Assembly: GCA_964584025.1 (NCBI GenBank)
Contig: CAZOYE010000010.1
Coordinates: 14,515 to 78,514, forward strand
DNA length: 64,000 nt
Reading direction: 5' to 3'
Origin: an uncultured Ignavibacteria bacterium
Lineage (GTDB): Bacteria; Zixibacteria; MSB-5A5; CAIYYT01
Part shown: piece by piece, positions 29,553-39,378 of the stretch
Layout: every line of letters starts with the position of its first letter
Numbering within the stretch: position 1 is the first letter of the stretch
Program-made: the position numbers and the translations under genes
The notes under the pieces: generated by a model
What the model was told of the DNA's origin: nothing
Databases searched by the model: none
What the model saw: the letters and a program-made list of their open reading frames with translations, nothing else

Positions 29553-31355
29553 ATGCGCATTGCATTTATCGCATTGACCGCAGTACTGATCGCGGCTGCT
29601 GGCTCCGGCCTGCTCGCGGCTCGACCCGACACAATTCGCGTCGAAGTCGACTACATGGTGGGCAACGGCCACTCGCACAAGCTGCAGCCTGCCGAAGTGG
29701 ATATGATCGTGGAGGCCTTTGCCTGCCAGGGGATCGTGATGATTATTGAAGTCTCCGACTCCGTTCCGCACTTCGACAATATGACCGGAGCTTCGTTCTT
29801 CACAAATACAGCGCCAAACGGCTTCGCCTGGTACAAGAACAATTACATGGATCATCTTGGCGACCCGGGTTGGCATTACTGCATCATGGTTCACCAGTAC
29901 AACGGTTCGGGCAGTTCGGGACTGGGAGAAATATTCGGGGACGATTTTATTGTCTCACTCGGCAGTTGGTCGGGCCAGATTGGAACGCCCTTCGATCGCG
30001 CGGGCACTTTCATGCACGAACTCGGGCACAATCTGGGACTGCGCCATGCCGGAAACCAGGATGAAGGCGCGATTGGGCAGTACAAGCCCAACTATGCCAG
30101 CGTGATGGCTTATCGTTACCAGGTCGACGCGGTGCGGCGCGGCATGCTCTGCACCGAGTTGGCGGATCTTCTGCTGATCGACCGCAAGAATCTCGATTAC
30201 TCCGACGGCACCCGGCCGTCGCTTGATGAAAATGCGCTGATCGAGGCCGACGGCATCGGATACGGTCCGGTCGATTGGAACTGCAACGGCATTATCGATG
30301 CCGGCCCCGTCTCACAAGACCTAAGGAATCCCGGCTGGTGTTCGTCGTCTTCGACGCTGCAAGTACTGAACGACTACGATGACTGGGACAATCTCACAGA
30401 TGTTACGCTATTCAAGTCGGGGCATATTCACCAGAGTGACGAAATAGTAGAGTGCATCACCTACGAAGAAGTGCTGGCGATGCGAGCGGCCAAAGCGGAT
30501 GTCTGTGATGGGCCGTTTGTCGAAGTCGAAGACTGTACCTTCCAGTACATTTGTAACGACGTCGACCAGGACGGCTGGGGCGACCCGGACGACACGCTGA
30601 ACAATTGCGAACTCGACAACTGCGGTACCGCATTCAATCCGGATCAATCAGACGTCGACGGCGACAGTCTTGGCGATGTCTGTGACCCGGACGCCGACGG
30701 CGACGGCCTGCTGAATGCTGCCGACAACTGCTGGCTGGTTGTCAACCTCGGCCAGGAGGATGCCGATGCCGACAGCGTTGGCGACGCCTGCGACAATTGC
30801 CCCGCGGTTTACAACCCGGAGCAACTAGATGAAGACGACGACGGCAACGGCGATCTTTGCGACGGCCGCGTGCACATTTACACGCCGACTACGCTTCCGA
30901 CGGCTTACAAGAACCAGCCGTATTTCTACCAGTTCGTCGGGGTCGGCGGTATCGGTACGCTCACGTGGACATTCCTCGGCGGCGACACACCGTTCGGATG
31001 CGATTTCAATGGCGGCACAGTCGGTACCTTGACCGGTACACCGTTCTTCTCGGCGCAGTTCTTCTTCACGGTGGAGTTGTCCGACTCGAATGTCCCGGCC
31101 TCGAAGGACACGATCAGCGTTTCAATTACCGTTGTCGACCCGCCCTATCTCTGCGGCGACGCCGACGACAGCGAGATCATAACAATTTCGGATGCCGTGT
31201 ACCTGATCAACTACATCTTCGGCGGAGGTCCAGCGCCATCGCCGCTCGAGGCCGGTGATGCGGATTGCAGCGGGATTGTGACAATCTCTGATGCCGTATA
31301 CCTCATTGCTTTCATCTTCGGTGGCGGTCCGGCGCCTTGCGCAGCCTGTCCATAG
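29553..31355 (+). CDS. Secreted reprolysin (M12B)-like metzincin with thrombospondin type-3 (TSP3) Ca-binding repeats and Cys-capped double dockerin-like CTD
   Basis: Signal peptide [36 protein letters not shown] matches HExxHxxGxxH. Repeated DxDxDGxGDxCDNC / NPxQxDxD units. CTD ends ...[14 protein letters not shown]. Confidence 0.7.
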   Translation: MRIAFIALTAVLIAAAGSGLLAARPDTIRVEVDYMVGNGHSHKLQPAEVDMIVEAFACQGIVMIIEVSDSVPHFDNMTGASFFTNTAPNGFAWYKNNYMDHLGDPGWHYCIMVHQYNGSGSSGLGEIFGDDFIVSLGSWSGQIGTPFDRAGTFMHELGHNLGLRHAGNQDEGAIGQYKPNYASVMAYRYQVDAVRRGMLCTELADLLLIDRKNLDYSDGTRPSLDENALIEADGIGYGPVDWNCNGIIDAGPVSQDLRNPGWCSSSSTLQVLNDYDDWDNLTDVTLFKSGHIHQSDEIVECITYEEVLAMRAAKADVCDGPFVEVEDCTFQYICNDVDQDGWGDPDDTLNNCELDNCGTAFNPDQSDVDGDSLGDVCDPDADGDGLLNAADNCWLVVNLGQEDADADSVGDACDNCPAVYNPEQLDEDDDGNGDLCDGRVHIYTPTTLPTAYKNQPYFYQFVGVGGIGTLTWTFLGGDTPFGCDFNGGTVGTLTGTPFFSAQFFFTVELSDSNVPASKDTISVSITVVDPPYLCGDADDSEIITISDAVYLINYIFGGGPAPSPLEAGDADCSGIVTISDAVYLIAFIFGGGPAPCAACP

Positions 31356-31387
31356 GCTGACAGAAATTCAATCTCCGAACTTTGCGA

Positions 31388-31417
31388 AGAGGAACGCCGG
31401 GCGTTCCTCTTTTTTAT
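31388..31417 (+). terminator. Rho-independent terminator after the reprolysin-like gene
   Basis: GAGGAACGCC gg GCGTTCCTC followed by TTTTTTAT. Confidence 0.6.
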
Positions 31418-31528
31418 CCCTCTGCCAAACCTGCGAGCGAACGCGTCAAAAAACAATACCTAAATCGATGTATATACTCTATATTAACTGACGATCGCAG
31501 TTGCAGACACGGACCCGGGGAGAATTCG

Positions 31529-34500
31529 ATGAACTCACGTTTCTATCTCAGCCTTTTGTTGGCCGGACTTGCGGCTCTCTATGCGTACACGCCGTCGGCG
31601 AGCGCCGATGATTGCGGCACGGAGCTGACTGCCGCCGACATACAGGCCATATCATCTCTGCTTGACGAGCAATCGCTGGCCCGCGAAACGCGCTCCAACG
31701 ACTTCTATGACCTGCCGATCGCCATGCACATCGTGCGGCAAAGCAATGGTACCGGCGGAATCAGCGCCGCAGAAGTCGAGGCGTCCATCGACAGCGCGAT
31801 CATTCTGTTTGCGCAGGTCAACGTCTCGATCTACGAAATTCAGCCGGTGAACTTCATCGACGAAGATTTCTTCTATTTTGATATGTCGAGCAGCACGCAG
31901 ATGGACAGTCTCAAGCGCTACGACAAGGTCGCCAATGCGGTGAATATCTACTGGGTGCCGAGCTCTTCCGGATTTGGCTATTGCGGTATTTCGTCGTTTC
32001 CTTCGTCCGGTGTTCAGGGGATCATCATGAACAATAATTGCGGCGGCCTGCTCTCGAAAAACTCGACATTGGTGCACGAAATCGGCCATTACTTCAACTT
32101 AATGCATACTCACGAGCCGGCCTTTGGCATCGAGTGTCCTAACGGCAGCAACTGCACAACAGCGGGAGACCTGGTTTGCGATACGCCGGCCGATCCCAAC
32201 GTCAGCGGACACGTGGGCTTGCCGCCGGATTGCCTCTACGACAACTTCGCTTCTCCGCCGGGCGGCTGCGACGCAACACCCTATAGCCCGCCGGTCGACA
32301 ATATCATGTCCTACTCACGCCAATCATGCCGCGACATCTTGACTCCCGGACAGGTCGACCGTTTTCGTTTCGCCGTCGAGAAGCTGCGGCCGGAGCTGGC
32401 AACCTTGATTAACGGCGTCCTGATCACTCCCCTCGCGGTCAATCCGCTGATTGTGCCACTGGCAACAAAGCAGGACTCGGCGATTGTGCTTCAGAATTTC
32501 GGAGGCAGTGCCGTGACCTTCAACAGCGCGACCTCGGTCTTCGGGAATGTGGTCGTGACCGGAGGAACCCCGGTGACCCTGATGCCGTCGGAAGTCGGCA
32601 ATGTAACCTTCGAGTACGATGCCCTGGCGCTCACGTCGAGCTGCGATCTCGGAGTCGTCACCGATACGATTGTCATCACGATTTCGGCTCCGACCGTGTG
32701 GGAAGTGCGTATTCCTGTTACCGTGAATATTGCTTATGCGATTCCCGCGCAGGCGCAAAACTCATTTCAATCGACCTGTTTGACCTTCACCGTGCCGAAT
32801 ACGCCCGCCCTCGGCGACCGCACTTCGGCTGCATTCTTGGATCCCATCAGCAACGTGCTTTACGACGGTTCATTGTTGCTGGGCCTTATCGACGGGTCAG
32901 ATACCACCGTCTACATGGACATGTTCTCGCAAAGCGATTATCTCGCGGCCGATGGGTTCGTGGCCGGCACCGACGAATACGGCCGCACGACCCAGACCTT
33001 GCGCTTCGCGACCAACGATGCGCGCTTGAGCGGCGAAGTCATATATCATCTTGGCGGCGATATCGGGACCCCGGATAGCTGCCAGGTCATTGAAATCGAA
33101 TATCGCGTGCGCAATGATTGCGATACAAACTTGCAGGTCGTTGCCGGGATCGCCGCGGATTTTGATATCGACGGCTCAGGGTCGAACAACGCCCTTGTCG
33201 ATGGCGTCAACCACATTGTCTATGTCGATCAAGGCGCTCATGCGGCGGGTTTTGCGAATTTGATGCCTTGCCCGGAACAGGGTTCCTTGCGGACGATCTC
33301 CAACGCAGTCTCTATTTACCCCACCAACGGCCTCATTGACGGCGCGACGTACCTGGAGATGGTTTCTCCGAACAGCGGCGATATATTTGCGCAAGACGTC
33401 TCCGTGCTGCTCTCATTCGGCAAATTCCATCTTCACACCGGTACGGAGCGGACATTGCGCGCGGCATTGATGTCTTCCCAGTTCACGGGAGTCGGTCTGC
33501 AAGCTGCCGCCAATGGATTGCGTACTCTGAGCCCACCCGGGCCGTGCTTCCTCGAAGTTCCTCAAATCTACGGTACGATTCAAGAGGCAATCACGGCAGC
33601 GGTTGATGCTGACACGATCGTTCTCGCACCCGGGACCTACACCGGGTTCGGCAACAAAGACCTTGATTTCCAGGGCAAAAAGATCGTCGTGCGCGGCGCC
33701 GGGCCAACATCAACGTTTATCGACTGCGCCGGTTCGGCGGGAAGTCCGAGTCGTGGATTGCGCTTTGACGACGCCGCTGAGAACAGCAGTGTTCTGATTG
33801 AAGGGTTGGCGATCAAGAACGGATATGCTCCTGCTGACGGCCCGAGTTTTCGTCCGAACGGGGGCGCGGTTATTGTCATGAACGGCGCTTCGCCGACTTT
33901 CCGCAACTGCCGCTTCGAGTTGAACTTTGGCAAGCGCAATGGCGGTGCGATTTCCGTCGAGGTCGGGTCAAGTGTGGCACTTGAAAACTGTCTCTTCGTT
34001 GACAACTCCGTCTTCGACCCCCTGGACAACGAGTATTGGGGAGGCGCAGTCTATCTTGGGTCATCAACTTCCGCGGTGATCACCGCTTGCGAATTCATCA
34101 ACAACTCGGCATTTGCCGGCGGCGCACTCGCGTTAGACAATAGCGCTGTAACGATTGTTTCCGGTTGTCGGTTCATCGCCAACAGCGCCCAGTTTGCCGG
34201 CGTCGTGATTTGCGACGCTGCGGCAGCCGACTTCAACGGCTGCGCCTTCGCCGATAACTTCGCGGAGATTGCAGCGGGGGTTGGCTACTCGTTTAACGAG
34301 ACATTGTCGTCAAACTTCACGAATTGTACATTCGTCGGCAACTTCCTGTCGACCCCAAATCCAAATTCAGGAAGCGTCTATTATGCCCAGGATGCGGCTG
34401 TCGATTTCAGCCGCAGCATTTTCTATGACAACAGCGGCGATGAAGTGCTGGTGTGCAGTGGCACTGGCGCTTTCACAATCGACTGCTCCAACATTTTTGG

Positions 34501-35269
34501 CAATGCATCCGGTGATTGGACCGGCTGCGTCGCCAGTCAGTCGAGCAGCAACGGCAATTTCTCGGCTGATCCGATCTTTTGTGACCTGCCAGGGGATGAT
34601 TTCCGGGTCAGAAGTTCTTCGCCCTGCGCGCCGGCAAACAACTCATGCGCCGTTCTGGTCGGCGCTGGATCGCCCGCCTGCGGCAATACGCCAGCAGGAA
34701 GCGACGTAGCTGTCGCTGTGACCGACAGCGTGACGGTGACATTCAACACCGTGACCGACGACGGTGAAACTTCGGTGACGATCTCCGAAAGTGGACCGAA
34801 TCCGCCGGCCGGATTTGAAATTGTGCCATCGACGCCGGAGGCCTACTACGAGATTTCGACGACAGCACCGTACTCTGGCGTGATCGAGATCTGCATCTAC
34901 TACGATCCGGCACAGGTTACCCCCGGTAACGAGGCTGACTTAAAGCTCTTCCACTACGATGGATCAAACTGGTCCGATATCACCAGTACCATTGATCAAG
35001 GCGCCAATGTGATATGCGGCGAAACGACGTCGCTGTCGCCGTTTATCGTCGCGCGGCCGTCGTACATTTGCGGCGACGCCGACGGCACGGCGATTGTAAC
35101 GATCTCTGATGCAGTGTACCTGATCGGCTACATTTTTGGCGGCGGCCCGGCTCCTTCCCCACTGGCGAGCGGCGACGTCGATTGCAGCGGCATCGTGACG
35201 ATTTCGGATGTAGTCTACTTGATCAACTACATCTTCGGCGGCGGCCCGGCACCGTGCGCGGGGTGTTGA
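31529..35269 (+). CDS. Secreted M43 (pappalysin/ulilysin)-like metzincin fused to right-handed beta-helix repeats and Cys-capped double dockerin-like CTD
   Basis: Signal peptide MNSRFYLSLLLAGLAALYA. VHEIGHYFNLMHTHE plus CDTPADP. Repeated NxxAxxGGA(I/L)xxxxS beta-helix-type units. CTD ...[13 protein letters not shown]. Start moved to ATG 31529 because the terminator at 31388 lies inside the longer ORF. Confidence 0.7.
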   Translation: MNSRFYLSLLLAGLAALYAYTPSASADDCGTELTAADIQAISSLLDEQSLARETRSNDFYDLPIAMHIVRQSNGTGGISAAEVEASIDSAIILFAQVNVSIYEIQPVNFIDEDFFYFDMSSSTQMDSLKRYDKVANAVNIYWVPSSSGFGYCGISSFPSSGVQGIIMNNNCGGLLSKNSTLVHEIGHYFNLMHTHEPAFGIECPNGSNCTTAGDLVCDTPADPNVSGHVGLPPDCLYDNFASPPGGCDATPYSPPVDNIMSYSRQSCRDILTPGQVDRFRFAVEKLRPELATLINGVLITPLAVNPLIVPLATKQDSAIVLQNFGGSAVTFNSATSVFGNVVVTGGTPVTLMPSEVGNVTFEYDALALTSSCDLGVVTDTIVITISAPTVWEVRIPVTVNIAYAIPAQAQNSFQSTCLTFTVPNTPALGDRTSAAFLDPISNVLYDGSLLLGLIDGSDTTVYMDMFSQSDYLAADGFVAGTDEYGRTTQTLRFATNDARLSGEVIYHLGGDIGTPDSCQVIEIEYRVRNDCDTNLQVVAGIAADFDIDGSGSNNALVDGVNHIVYVDQGAHAAGFANLMPCPEQGSLRTISNAVSIYPTNGLIDGATYLEMVSPNSGDIFAQDVSVLLSFGKFHLHTGTERTLRAALMSSQFTGVGLQAAANGLRTLSPPGPCFLEVPQIYGTIQEAITAAVDADTIVLAPGTYTGFGNKDLDFQGKKIVVRGAGPTSTFIDCAGSAGSPSRGLRFDDAAENSSVLIEGLAIKNGYAPADGPSFRPNGGAVIVMNGASPTFRNCRFELNFGKRNGGAISVEVGSSVALENCLFVDNSVFDPLDNEYWGGAVYLGSSTSAVITACEFINNSAFAGGALALDNSAVTIVSGCRFIANSAQFAGVVICDAAAADFNGCAFADNFAEIAAGVGYSFNETLSSNFTNCTFVGNFLSTPNPNSGSVYYAQDAAVDFSRSIFYDNSGDEVLVCSGTGAFTIDCSNIFGNASGDWTGCVASQSSSNGNFSADPIFCDLPGDDFRVRSSSPCAPANNSCAVLVGAGSPACGNTPAGSDVAVAVTDSVTVTFNTVTDDGETSVTISESGPNPPAGFEIVPSTPEAYYEISTTAPYSGVIEICIYYDPAQVTPGNEADLKLFHYDGSNWSDITSTIDQGANVICGETTSLSPFIVARPSYICGDADGTAIVTISDAVYLIGYIFGGGPAPSPLASGDVDCSGIVTISDVVYLINYIFGGGPAPCAGC

Positions 35270-35296
35270 GGATCGCTTACAAGGATCTGCCATCGC

Positions 35297-37396
35297 TTAG
35301 TTGTTTGACTCAGCGAACTCCACAAGAGTCTGGCGCAAAATCGCGTGGAGTTCGCTTCTCTGACTACTGGTCAGCCCATCGTCGTGCGGCGGCCAAATCA
35401 TCGCGATCTCCCCAAGAGCCTCGATTCGTCGTCCCGAGTTGTGTTCGAACTGCAGTGCCTGCAATGCGGCATCGAGTTCACCATATCGCGCGAGGGCCAT
35501 GGCACAGCCAGCCACTTCTTTATCGATAATCGGGTCTAAAGTCCCGATCAATCTTGAAGTGGATATTGCGAGGTACCTGTTGATCAACTGAATTGCGCGG
35601 TTCGCACAGCCACTGGCGTGTTGCGCGTCTGCTATTCTGATAATCATATCCGGCCTTATTCTCATCAAGACCGAATCGCGGGCATCAATTAGAGTAGACG
35701 TCGCTTTATCAATGTAGAACTTCACTCGCCCTTTCTTCAGCCAGATATTGCTCGGATTTCCAAGCGATAGCCAATAGTCCAGTTGCTGGGGGATCTCCAA
35801 TTCCTTGCATTTCTGATCAGCTGCTACGAGAACACGTTCAGCCTCGCTGGGATCAGGCCCGTCATACGGCTCTTGAAACCACTCCATGACAAAGCCGACG
35901 TAATCTTCTGGTGCTTTGACCAACTCAAGAATTGTAAGAAAGTCATCAGTGCTTGCGCCGATATCCTGCAATTCGGATGCAACCTTCGCCAGCATCCAGG
36001 AGCGCAACTGAGCATCGCGAATCCTTGCGATTACACGAAGCGCATGCCCCTTGTTGCTGGTGCGGATGCTGGTGTGTATGTATTGACCCAGTTCGTAGCT
36101 GAAGTCCTGTGTCGAAATCGAATCCTGCAACAGGTCTCTCAGTGGACCATAGGAGGGCACCAGTTCATACAAGTTGGTTGCGACAGGGTACCAAGCATCG
36201 CGAGCTCTTGCACTTGGGACTTTCGGTAGTTCCTTCAGATGCGACTCAATAAGTGCCCGCACGTCATCGATTCGCCCACAGATCAGGAATATTCTCGCCA
36301 GTTGCTCTGTAATCTCGAAATGAGTCCATGGATTTGTTACCGATTCAAACGACTCACGTCCTCTCGCGAGCAAGGTCCGGGTGAGAGCAGAGTCTCCGCT
36401 CGCGTGCGCAGCTGACACGACTGGAAGTGCCAGTCGACAGAAGTCATCGCGTTTTGCCCCCAAAGTTATCTCGGAAGCAACAGCGAGCGCTTCATGTGCC
36501 CCCTCCGAATCGCCCGCCAGGACGAACCGGTCGTACGCCGATAGCAACGCGCGAAGCGACCAAGTCGGGAATTGGTCAGCAGCGCGCCGAGCTTTCTCTA
36601 CGGCCTGACTCAGGTCAACATCGAGATACGCCTCCGCAAGTCTCAAGTCAGCCGATGCCTCCTCACTAGGTAAGGTTGCAAGACTTTCTAATTGCTCCAG
36701 GAGAGCCCGGCGTTCGTGAATTCCAAGCAATGGTGAGACCGCCTCGTAAATCAAGTCGAAACGACCCAAGTACCATTTGGGAAATCGTTGCTTGGCAACG
36801 ACAGTCGCGAGCGCGCTATCGGTTAACTCCCGCTGCAGTTGCTTGTCTCCAAGTCTTGCTGCAAGACTCGCTCCCCGTGAGAAGAGCAAGTACTTTCGGT
36901 CATTAAGCGATGGAGTACACAGTGCCTTCAAGCCACGATCAAGATCGCCATAGTCTAAACTAGTTTGAGTGAGGGCGAAAATCAGACTGTGCCGCGTCGA
37001 GATGTGCGTTCCCTCAACAAGTTCGTGCCTTTGTCCCGTTTTAGGGTCGATAGTCTCCACGCGAGGGAATGATTTTGCCAAATATAAGGCCGCACTAAAC
37101 AAGTCCCCTTCTGCCCCTGCACGCTCTCTAAACATCGGCGCCACCGAATCCATTATGGTCGTGGCACTCATCTCGCGCCCGTTGACCACAAAGCGACTAT
37201 CCGGAGCGAGACTGTGGAGTGCCGACAATGCGCGCTCCAGATATTCCCGAGCTTGAGCAAAGCTGGTGCCCTCTGCGACTACCGCACTGTCGAGTACCGC
37301 CTGGATTTTCGCGCTCGAATCAGCGATCAAGTCGCTGTTATAGAAAGCAAGGACGATGACAATCACCGACCTGAATATTGAATTGGACCCTTTCAT
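35297..37396 (-). CDS. Hypothetical secreted alpha-helical repeat protein (no recognisable catalytic motif)
   Basis: Start at the internal Met MKGSNSIFRSVIVIVLAFYNS (signal/TM). Leu/Ala-rich helical composition. Lower local GC. Confidence 0.4.
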   Translation of the reverse strand: MKGSNSIFRSVIVIVLAFYNSDLIADSSAKIQAVLDSAVVAEGTSFAQAREYLERALSALHSLAPDSRFVVNGREMSATTIMDSVAPMFRERAGAEGDLFSAALYLAKSFPRVETIDPKTGQRHELVEGTHISTRHSLIFALTQTSLDYGDLDRGLKALCTPSLNDRKYLLFSRGASLAARLGDKQLQRELTDSALATVVAKQRFPKWYLGRFDLIYEAVSPLLGIHERRALLEQLESLATLPSEEASADLRLAEAYLDVDLSQAVEKARRAADQFPTWSLRALLSAYDRFVLAGDSEGAHEALAVASEITLGAKRDDFCRLALPVVSAAHASGDSALTRTLLARGRESFESVTNPWTHFEITEQLARIFLICGRIDDVRALIESHLKELPKVPSARARDAWYPVATNLYELVPSYGPLRDLLQDSISTQDFSYELGQYIHTSIRTSNKGHALRVIARIRDAQLRSWMLAKVASELQDIGASTDDFLTILELVKAPEDYVGFVMEWFQEPYDGPDPSEAERVLVAADQKCKELEIPQQLDYWLSLGNPSNIWLKKGRVKFYIDKATSTLIDARDSVLMRIRPDMIIRIADAQHASGCANRAIQLINRYLAISTSRLIGTLDPIIDKEVAGCAMALARYGELDAALQALQFEHNSGRRIEALGEIAMIWPPHDDGLTSSQRSELHAILRQTLVEFAESNN

Positions 37397-37421
37397 TCCT
37401 CTCCTCCCAAAGTAGTGCAGA

Positions 37422-38057
37422 TCACTTGTCTCTATGAGGATGACGAATCTGTGTCCGTAATGCAAAATCTTTGCGACCACTTGCACCTGCGTTTCGCTTC
37501 GCTATCATGGGAGCGGTTCTCGAGTCGAGCTCCCGGCTTCCGGTCAACCAAATTCGGCCAAAATCACTCTCCCCTCCTTGCCAAATGCTAACAATTCCGT
37601 CCCAAAACACGATTCTCAGGCTGCCATAAACCCCCGAGTCAAGTATGCCGATCTTGACTTCGGCGCTGCCCGTTTCATATTTCCACGCCTCCGGTGCGTT
37701 AATATCAGCGTCTTCAGTGCCGCCGAACTGGCCGGTATTGTCCAGCGCCCACTGCTGCGAGACTGAATCGTCATCTACAACCGCACCGTGCCAGTCGATG
37801 ATTCCGTTCTGTACCGCGCTCAGTACGTCTTCACTCGATTCTAACTCCTGCGCGGCCCGAGAGGCGCTTGCCGAATCTTCAAAGGTCAGGTTGTAAACAC
37901 CTTTCAGAGTCGGCTTCTCAACCCATATCCCGTCACGACCCTCAACCAAGACATAGTCCGAGTCATTGTCCTCAAAGGTTCGATTGATATAAACCGCGTG
38001 AAACGGTTCGAGAGCGTGCAATATCTCTTCAGATAGGATTGTTGATGTGTCACACAA
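37422..38057 (-). pseudogene. Truncated S8 subtilisin gene fragment (propeptide plus the first catalytic Asp region only)
   Basis: QQWALDNTGQFGGTEDADINAPEAWKYETGSAEVKIGILDSGV parallels QYALNNTGQSGGTVDADIDAPEAWDITTGG...VAIVDGG of the full subtilisin at 59707-63540, then diverges. No ATG start (the track's start is TTG), no signal peptide, and no His/Ser regions. Confidence 0.5.
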
Positions 38058-38148
38058 GTGAAGAGATTTTCCTGCCGGCAGATTGACTATCTCGCCGTGG
38101 AAAATTACACTGACGCTCTTGTGAATTTCAGCCCCAACGAGTGCTGAA

Positions 38149-38172
38149 GAGAGAGAGAGAGAGAGAGAGAGA
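38149..38172. repeat. (GA)12 dinucleotide microsatellite
   Basis: gagagagagagagagagagagaga read directly. It is intergenic, about 90 bp upstream of the subtilisin fragment. Confidence 0.9.
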
Positions 38173-38306
38173 CGACAAGAACGAGGATACGAGTAACCAC
38201 GTTCGTTGTGGCGTCTTGAGATGCCCGAGTACAGTTGACGCTCTGCGCCATATTGCCTCCTGTGCTTCTACTGTACCTTGTCTTTTTAGCCCAATTTCAA
38301 ACGTAC

Positions 38307-39215
38307 TTAGAAAGTAATCTGGTGTTTTTCGCTGCCATCCGGCCGCATCAACCAGAGATGACCATTGTCAGGATCGATCTCCGTAAAGACGATCCATTCT
38401 CCATCGGGCGACCATGCCGGATATCCACCTCCTTTCGATGTAAGTCTCCTGTATTCCTGCGTCCTACAGTCAAAATTCCAGATATTGATCAAACTCGTGC
38501 CCTCAATCCGGCTGATCAGTATCTCTTTACCATTGGGGCTTGCGGCAGCGTAGCGTTTGAGTTGATCCAAGAAAGGGAGCGAAATTGACTCCTGCGCCGA
38601 GATCGAGTAGAGTGAGAGTTCTCCCTGCCAAGTAACCGCGAAGCTGAGTACTGCGATAGAGTCGCAACTTCCGAGCCAATCCCCATACGAAGCGTACTGC
38701 AGAATCAAATTCTGTGCGCCAGATGCTGTGTTGAATTGGTGCATTCCGGCAGTCTGACCAACTCGGATAAAGTAAACGATCTTATCACCGCACGGCGACC
38801 AGCGCGGAAAATGGGCACTCTCGTCGGTTTCAATGTGCTCAACACTATCCTTGGCCAGATTGGTGATGTAGATTTGCCCACCTGTTTTCATCGCGATTCG
38901 AGTGCCATCAGGCGACCAGTCAAAGTCCGAGGCCCAGAAGTTTTCCCACAACAGGGAATCAGAACCTGACTCAACATCATGCAGGAACACCCCCCACACC
39001 CATTGCGTGTCTTTCTGATCAGAGTCATTGTTGAAACTTTTGAAGTAGATGATCTTCTTTCCATCCGGCGACCAGGCGGGAGAGATGTCGATCTCCGTTT
39101 GAGGAATCGGCGGCCAGAATCCATCCTTGTCGTTGTTTCCTTTGTCGCTGCAACCGACTAAGAGTGCCGCCGATAGGCACAGCATAGAAATGAATAGAAA
39201 TCGAATCACAATCAC
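38307..39215 (-). CDS. TolB-like PD40 beta-propeller lipoprotein
   Basis: Lipobox LLVGC. Repeated WSPDG motifs (AWSPDGKKIIYF, FDWSPDGTRIAM, PRWSPCGDKIVYF, AWSPDGEWIVF). Confidence 0.7.
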   Translation of the reverse strand: MIVIRFLFISMLCLSAALLVGCSDKGNNDKDGFWPPIPQTEIDISPAWSPDGKKIIYFKSFNNDSDQKDTQWVWGVFLHDVESGSDSLLWENFWASDFDWSPDGTRIAMKTGGQIYITNLAKDSVEHIETDESAHFPRWSPCGDKIVYFIRVGQTAGMHQFNTASGAQNLILQYASYGDWLGSCDSIAVLSFAVTWQGELSLYSISAQESISLPFLDQLKRYAAASPNGKEILISRIEGTSLINIWNFDCRTQEYRRLTSKGGGYPAWSPDGEWIVFTEIDPDNGHLWLMRPDGSEKHQITF

Positions 39216-39378
39216 CCCCGGGAGCCCACGCCCCGAATTTCAATGTTGTGAATTAGTTCACATCTAATTCAACGCGCGAACTGCGATTTTGTCAAGTGCA
39301 AACTCGCATTCGTTGACAGCACTTTTTGGCGGCAGCGATTGTCGGACGCTACTGCCCAGTTCTGCAAGCGAAGACATT

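Noticed and set aside
31382-31528. N-terminal extension of the M43-like gene suggested by the ORF track
   Set aside because: A strong rho-independent terminator (31388-31417) lies inside the extension. The internal Met at 31529 starts a canonical signal peptide.
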